Of a DNA stretch of 9,288 nucleotides, positions 6,402-9,288 are shown piece after piece. Numbering within the stretch: the first letter of the stretch is position 1; each line of letters opens with the position of its first letter. Below the pieces are notes generated by a model that saw only the letters and a program-made list of their open reading frames with translations, was not told the DNA's origin and searched no databases. Source of the stretch: a virus; the IMG/VR virus record IMGVR_UViG_3300008459_011871, positions 1 to 9,288 of that record; one strand, given 5' to 3'. A program made the position numbers and the translations under genes.

Positions 6402-6806
6402 ATGTCGATAGAAATAAAGATAAAAAATTCGACGATAGTAATTCCAAATTGGATGAATAGTTTATCACAGCAAGAAGTTAATCAGCTTCTTGTAGAAAAT
6501 AATTCTAATTTGGTTTTTTCTTGTGGCACATCTCCAAAAGATGGATTAGTATCTTTAATCACAACAGATTTAAATGTATATTCATTTGATCCGAATGATC
6601 ATTGCGTGCCAATTGGTGAATTTTTTCCAACACCTAATGGTCAGCAAATATACATACCAAATGGGCCTAATAGATGGCCAAAACAAATATCTGGATTTTT
6701 CTTACCAACAAATTGGATTCTTGAAAGGTCAGTTTCCGAGATAGATGGTGCTAAACTTGAACTAAACAATAGTTATATAGGTGAAATTTCCACTAAAGAC
6801 CCTTAG
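6402..6806 (+). CDS. Hypothetical protein (134 aa)
   Basis: ATG-initiated ORF on the block's coding strand with a non-repetitive, protein-like composition. No motif recognised. Confidence 0.6.
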   Translation: MSIEIKIKNSTIVIPNWMNSLSQQEVNQLLVENNSNLVFSCGTSPKDGLVSLITTDLNVYSFDPNDHCVPIGEFFPTPNGQQIYIPNGPNRWPKQISGFFLPTNWILERSVSEIDGAKLELNNSYIGEISTKDP

Positions 6807-6916
6807 AAGATTTATTCAAGAAGAAGTCCAAAGAAATATGAGACTCTCTGCCGGCATCATTCCAATGGGTGCTGGTGGTGATACTCACGTATCAACTTTA
6901 CCCCAAGGTTTGGGGG

Positions 6917-6976
6917 ATGAAACAGAACAAGAAGCAGAAGAGAAAGATGGCAAAGAACAAGAAGCAGAAGAAGTTC
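6917..6976 (+). repeat. 30-bp tandem duplication, each copy beginning with an in-frame ATG (ATGAAACAGAACAAGAAGCAGAAGAGAAAG / ATGGCAAAGAACAAGAAGCAGAAGAAGTTC)
   Basis: About 22 of 30 positions are identical by direct comparison, including a shared AACAAGAAGCAGAAGA core. The copies encode MKQNKKQKRK / MAKNKKQKKF at the 5' end of the IF-1 gene. Confidence 0.75.
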
Positions 6977-7213
6977 AATTCACAAGACGTCACCCTCGAG
7001 CGCGATGACAAGCTTAGTTTAAATGGCGTCGTCGAAGACTCATTGCCGGGTACATTATTTAAAATTAGGTTAACTGAAGGCGGTGCGATTGTATTAGCAA
7101 CGCTGTCAGGAAAACTACGACAGAATCATATTCATATATTACCAGGTGATCAGGTTGTCGTAGAAGTTTCTCCTTACGATACTAGTCGCGGACGCATTGC
7201 GTGGCGAAAATGA
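6917..7213 (+). CDS. infA: Translation initiation factor IF-1 homologue (S1-like OB fold) with a Lys-rich N-terminal extension; alternative start at ATG 6947
   Basis: LNGVVEDSLPGTLFKIRLTEGGAIVLATLSGKLRQNHIHILPGDQVVVEVSPYDTSRGRIAWRK is collinear with bacterial/plastid IF-1 (xGxVxExLPNxMFRVxLxNGxxVxAxxSGKxRxNxIRILPGDxVxVExSPYDxxxGRIxxR). The track's GTG 6869 start adds a hydrophobic, non-conserved leader and is less likely. Confidence 0.9.
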   Translation: MKQNKKQKRKMAKNKKQKKFNSQDVTLERDDKLSLNGVVEDSLPGTLFKIRLTEGGAIVLATLSGKLRQNHIHILPGDQVVVEVSPYDTSRGRIAWRK

Positions 7214-7219
7214 TACCGA

Positions 7220-7240
7220 GTGCATACTTATAGTATGCAC
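7220..7240 (+). promoter_or_regulatory. Perfect 9-bp inverted repeat (GTGCATACT-TAT-AGTATGCAC) whose right arm contains the homing endonuclease ATG
   Basis: Read directly: 7220-7228 is the exact reverse complement of 7232-7240, with a 3-nt loop. ATG 7235-7237 lies inside the 3' arm. The hairpin begins 7 nt after the IF-1 stop. Confidence 0.55.
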
Positions 7241-8044
7241 AATATTATTTGTTATATCTATCTCATTACAAATTTGATCAATTCAAAAGTCTATATTGGA
7301 CAAACAAAATTTCCAAAAAATAGAAGATGGCAGCATTGGTCAGAAGGTAAAAAACCCAACAGTAAGAATCATCTATATCGTTCCATGAATGAGCATGGCG
7401 TTGAAAATTTCAAGTTTGAGATCATAGAAGAATGTAACATTGATAATGTTGATGAGAGGGAACGTTATTGGATTTCGCATTACAAGTCGTGTGATCCCGC
7501 TGTTGGTTATAATCGAGAGACAGGTGGAAACAGAGGTAAAATGAAAGTTCTTTCTGAAGAAGAAAAGAAACGAATATATCAAGATCCCAAGAGGAACGAA
7601 GCTATTCGTCAAGCTTTAAAAGGAAGATTGCTTTCCGAAGATCATAAGCATGCCGTGTCTGAAGGCGTTTCACGTTATTTCGCAATGCATGAAGTGAAAC
7701 ACACTGAGGAAGCTCGACGTAATATGTCGGCAGCACAGAAAATCGTTGGTGCAAGAAAGACGGCGGCATGTGCTGTTGATTCGCAGCATCCAGATGCTCA
7801 ACCGAAGTCATGTCCTAATTGTGGCGAGATTTTCTTTCCTAAGAAGATGTCTCCGTGGGGGATAAGAAGACATGTTGCAAAGAAATTCTGTTCTAAGAAA
7901 TGTGTGATGATTCACAACAACAAGAATGTTACGATCGAGACACGTGATAAGATCTCGAAATCAAAGTCTGGTATTCGTATGTCTGAAGAGCAGAAGCGGA
8001 AGATATCTGAGAGCATGAAAGAGTTTAGGAGAAAGCAAAAATAA
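7235..8044 (+). CDS. Freestanding GIY-YIG homing endonuclease with NUMOD3 repeats and a Cys4 zinc finger (Seg / I-TevI-like)
   Basis: GIY-YIG core: YIYLITNLINSKVYIGQT, RRWQHW (catalytic Arg), ERERYWI (Glu), GYNRETGG (Asn). There are at least 4-5 NUMOD3-like repeats (SEEEKKRI, SEDHKHAVSEG, TEEARRNMSAAQK, ETRDKISKSKSG, SEEQKRKISESMK) and CPNC-x21-CSKKC. ATG 7235 is preferred over the track's GTG 7220. Confidence 0.92.
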   Translation: MHNIICYIYLITNLINSKVYIGQTKFPKNRRWQHWSEGKKPNSKNHLYRSMNEHGVENFKFEIIEECNIDNVDERERYWISHYKSCDPAVGYNRETGGNRGKMKVLSEEEKKRIYQDPKRNEAIRQALKGRLLSEDHKHAVSEGVSRYFAMHEVKHTEEARRNMSAAQKIVGARKTAACAVDSQHPDAQPKSCPNCGEIFFPKKMSPWGIRRHVAKKFCSKKCVMIHNNKNVTIETRDKISKSKSGIRMSEEQKRKISESMKEFRRKQK

Positions 8045-8191
8045 ATGTCTCAATGGTCTTACGAACATCCTTATTTGACTTTCGTAATCGTCATTTTCAG
8101 TTTGTCAATAATTAACAATGCCGTTAATGTCGTTAAAAAGACAGAGACAAAGAAAAGTGACGAAGAAAATGACAAACTCGAACAAGATTAA
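8045..8191 (+). CDS. Candidate small membrane protein (48 aa), not in the ORF track
   Basis: The ATG directly abuts the endonuclease stop (TAAATG). Translation is MSQWSYEHPYLTFVIVIFSLSIINNAVNVVKKTETKKSDEENDKLEQD, with one ~20-residue hydrophobic segment followed by a charged tail. AGGAG lies 13 nt upstream. It competes with the 8118 start of the next gene. Confidence 0.4.
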   Translation: MSQWSYEHPYLTFVIVIFSLSIINNAVNVVKKTETKKSDEENDKLEQD

Positions 8192-9023
8192 CACGCTTAA
8201 ACAGTATATCAGATCTGTTCTTTCAGAAGACATTACAAGAAAAAAATTAAGAGTATTTGACTTTGATGATACCCTTGCTTTTACATCTTCAAAAGTATTC
8301 GTTAATAAGCAAGACGGAACTAAACTAGTATTAACTGCAGGTGAGTTTGCTACATATGTTCAAAAGCCTGGTGATGTCTTTGATTTTAGCGATTTTAATA
8401 ATGTAGTTGATCCAAAAGAAATTAAGTGGACTACAGACATTCTTCGTCGTTTAATCACTAAAGACAGTGACACTTTTATTTTAACTGCTAGAGCCCATCA
8501 GGCAGCCAATGCTATCAGAGATTATCTGAATAGCATTGGCCTTTCTAATGTTAGAATTGTAACTTTAGAAAATTCAGATCCAAAAAAGAAGTCTGATTAT
8601 ATTGCTCAAGCTATTGATGAAAAAGGCTATAATTTTGTTGAGTTTTTTGATGATAGCAAAGGAAATATTGATGCAGTTGCCGGTTTAAAATTAATTTATC
8701 CTAATGTTAAGTTTATTATGCGACATGTTGCACATAAACCTTCAGAACATCTTCAAGAAATTGGTGGTGCAAAAGCAACTAAACCTAAAATGATGAGAGA
8801 CGCTCCTTATGCAACTAAAACAGCTAACAGGGAGCAAATAGGAAGTTTGGGTAAAAAAGATAAACCTAATGAAGAAGAACTTTCTCCACATTTAATGGAA
8901 CCAGAAGTTGATCCTGAAGATTGCTGGGGACCTGTTCCTCCTAAAAATCCTAATCCTTATGCAACATCTGATCCATTCACACAAGATTATGGAGTTCTTC
9001 CAACATCACCAATAAGAAGATAG
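8169..9023 (+). CDS. HAD-superfamily (DDDD / class-B acid-phosphatase-like) phosphatase with a ~95-aa Pro-rich, low-complexity C-terminal extension; alternative start at ATG 8118
   Basis: Motif I is VFDFDDTLAFTSS (DxDxT nucleophile). Motif II is FILTAR. Motif IV is EFFDDSKGNID. FDFDDTLAFTSS resembles AphA FDIDDTVLFSS as I recall it. The tail from about aa 190 onward (HKPSEH...PTSPIRR) has no fold signature. Confidence 0.8.
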   Translation: MTNSNKINTLKQYIRSVLSEDITRKKLRVFDFDDTLAFTSSKVFVNKQDGTKLVLTAGEFATYVQKPGDVFDFSDFNNVVDPKEIKWTTDILRRLITKDSDTFILTARAHQAANAIRDYLNSIGLSNVRIVTLENSDPKKKSDYIAQAIDEKGYNFVEFFDDSKGNIDAVAGLKLIYPNVKFIMRHVAHKPSEHLQEIGGAKATKPKMMRDAPYATKTANREQIGSLGKKDKPNEEELSPHLMEPEVDPEDCWGPVPPKNPNPYATSDPFTQDYGVLPTSPIRR

Positions 9024-9024
9024 C

Positions 9025-9056
9025 AAAAAGGGAATCTTTCGATTCCCTTTTTTATT
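9025..9056. terminator. Bidirectional rho-independent terminator between convergent genes
   Basis: AAAAAGGGAATC-TTTC-GATTCCCTTTTTT. The core stem is 7 bp (GGGAATC/GATTCCC), extendable by A:T pairs, with a 4-nt loop. A T-run follows on the + strand and an equivalent T-run follows on the - strand. It sits 1 nt after the + strand stop (9021-9023) and abuts the - strand stop (9055-9057). Confidence 0.85.
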
Positions 9057-9288
9057 ATATTTTTCTAAGATCAGCTATTACGTAAGGTGTTTCAAACACC
9101 CATGGATGAGGACCTAAAAACTTTGTTTCTTTAAATAATCTTATAGGCTTAAATTGAGCCTGGGCCTGAGGATAAGCTGAAAGCAAGAATGGTCGAAGCT
9201 GATCACTGCACCAATACAAGAATCGTCGTTCATCCCATTGCGACCTATGTGATGGATCACATGTTGCGCCAATTCCCATCGCCTGAGG
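9055..9288 (-). CDS. Hypothetical protein, C-terminal 77 codons only; the 5' end runs off the right edge
   Basis: The reverse-strand frame is open from the window edge (…PQAMGIGATCDPSHRSQWDERRFLYWCSDQLRPF…PHPWVFETPYVIADLRKI*). The Met at 9279 is therefore probably internal. No family recognised with confidence. Confidence 0.55.
   Translation of the reverse strand, partial: PQAMGIGATCDPSHRSQWDERRFLYWCSDQLRPFLLSAYPQAQAQFKPIRLFKETKFLGPHPWVFETPYVIADLRKI

Noticed and set aside
7373-7811. Track ORFs 7373-7612 (-) and 7602-7811 (-) inside the GIY-YIG gene
   Set aside because: They are shadows of a well-supported endonuclease frame.
8059-8087. Inverted repeat TTACGAA-N15-TTCGTAA after the endonuclease gene as a terminator
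   Set aside because: The stem is 7 bp and AT-rich, the loop is 15 nt, and a short T-run begins only 6 nt downstream. That is too weak for an intrinsic terminator, and it lies inside the candidate 48-aa ORF.
9055-9288. Resemblance of the reverse-strand C-terminus (…LGPHPWVFETPYVI…) to the thymidylate synthase C-terminus (…YDPHPGIKAPVAI)
   Set aside because: Only a few residues match, and the upstream ThyA motifs (GDxHxYxNH) are not convincingly present. Too little sequence is in the window, so it is left as hypothetical.
1-9288. Looked for tRNA/tmRNA, rRNA, CRISPR repeats, transposon terminal inverted repeats, att-like direct repeats and group I intron signatures around the homing endonuclease
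   Set aside because: No repeat-spacer periodicity, cloverleaf-capable GC-rich 70-90 nt segments or long terminal repeats were seen. The intergenic gaps are at most about 110 nt and AT-rich. The endonuclease does not interrupt any recognisable gene.

Overview
AT-rich, gene-dense window that reads like an accessory arm of a large virulent dsDNA bacteriophage; host and taxon cannot be assigned from sequence alone. Evidence for a phage: GTG and other non-ATG starts, 4-16 nt gene overlaps, a Shine-Dalgarno site, a bidirectional rho-independent terminator, and a freestanding GIY-YIG/NUMOD3 homing endonuclease. Layout: a reverse-strand DUF444 (YeaH/YhbH) gene runs off the left edge (1-626). After a ~100-nt divergent control region, about 13 co-directional + strand genes span 731-9023. 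These are a NEIL1/Nei-like DNA glycosylase, a classic-clade AAA+ ATPase with an orphan N-domain, UV-damage endonuclease UvdE, a small ORF, a GroEL chaperonin with no GroES and no GGM tail, two overlapping small paralogues, a hypothetical ORF, an IF-1 (infA) homologue with a duplicated Lys-rich N-terminus, the homing endonuclease, a likely unannotated 48-aa membrane ORF, and a DDDD/HAD-type phosphatase with a disordered tail. The block ends at a hairpin terminator (9025-9056) shared with a convergent reverse-strand gene that runs off the right edge. I saw no tRNA, rRNA, CRISPR array, transposon ends or recognisable defence system. The most notable points are: (1) DNA-repair, proteostasis and translation genes clustered in one transcription block; (2) the nei - AAA+ - uvdE cassette; (3) a glycosylase whose catalytic N-terminal Pro is reachable only from an ATT start; (4) phage-borne IF-1 and GroEL; (5) a perfect hairpin burying the homing endonuclease start codon. 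All family assignments rest on motif recognition from memory, not database searches.
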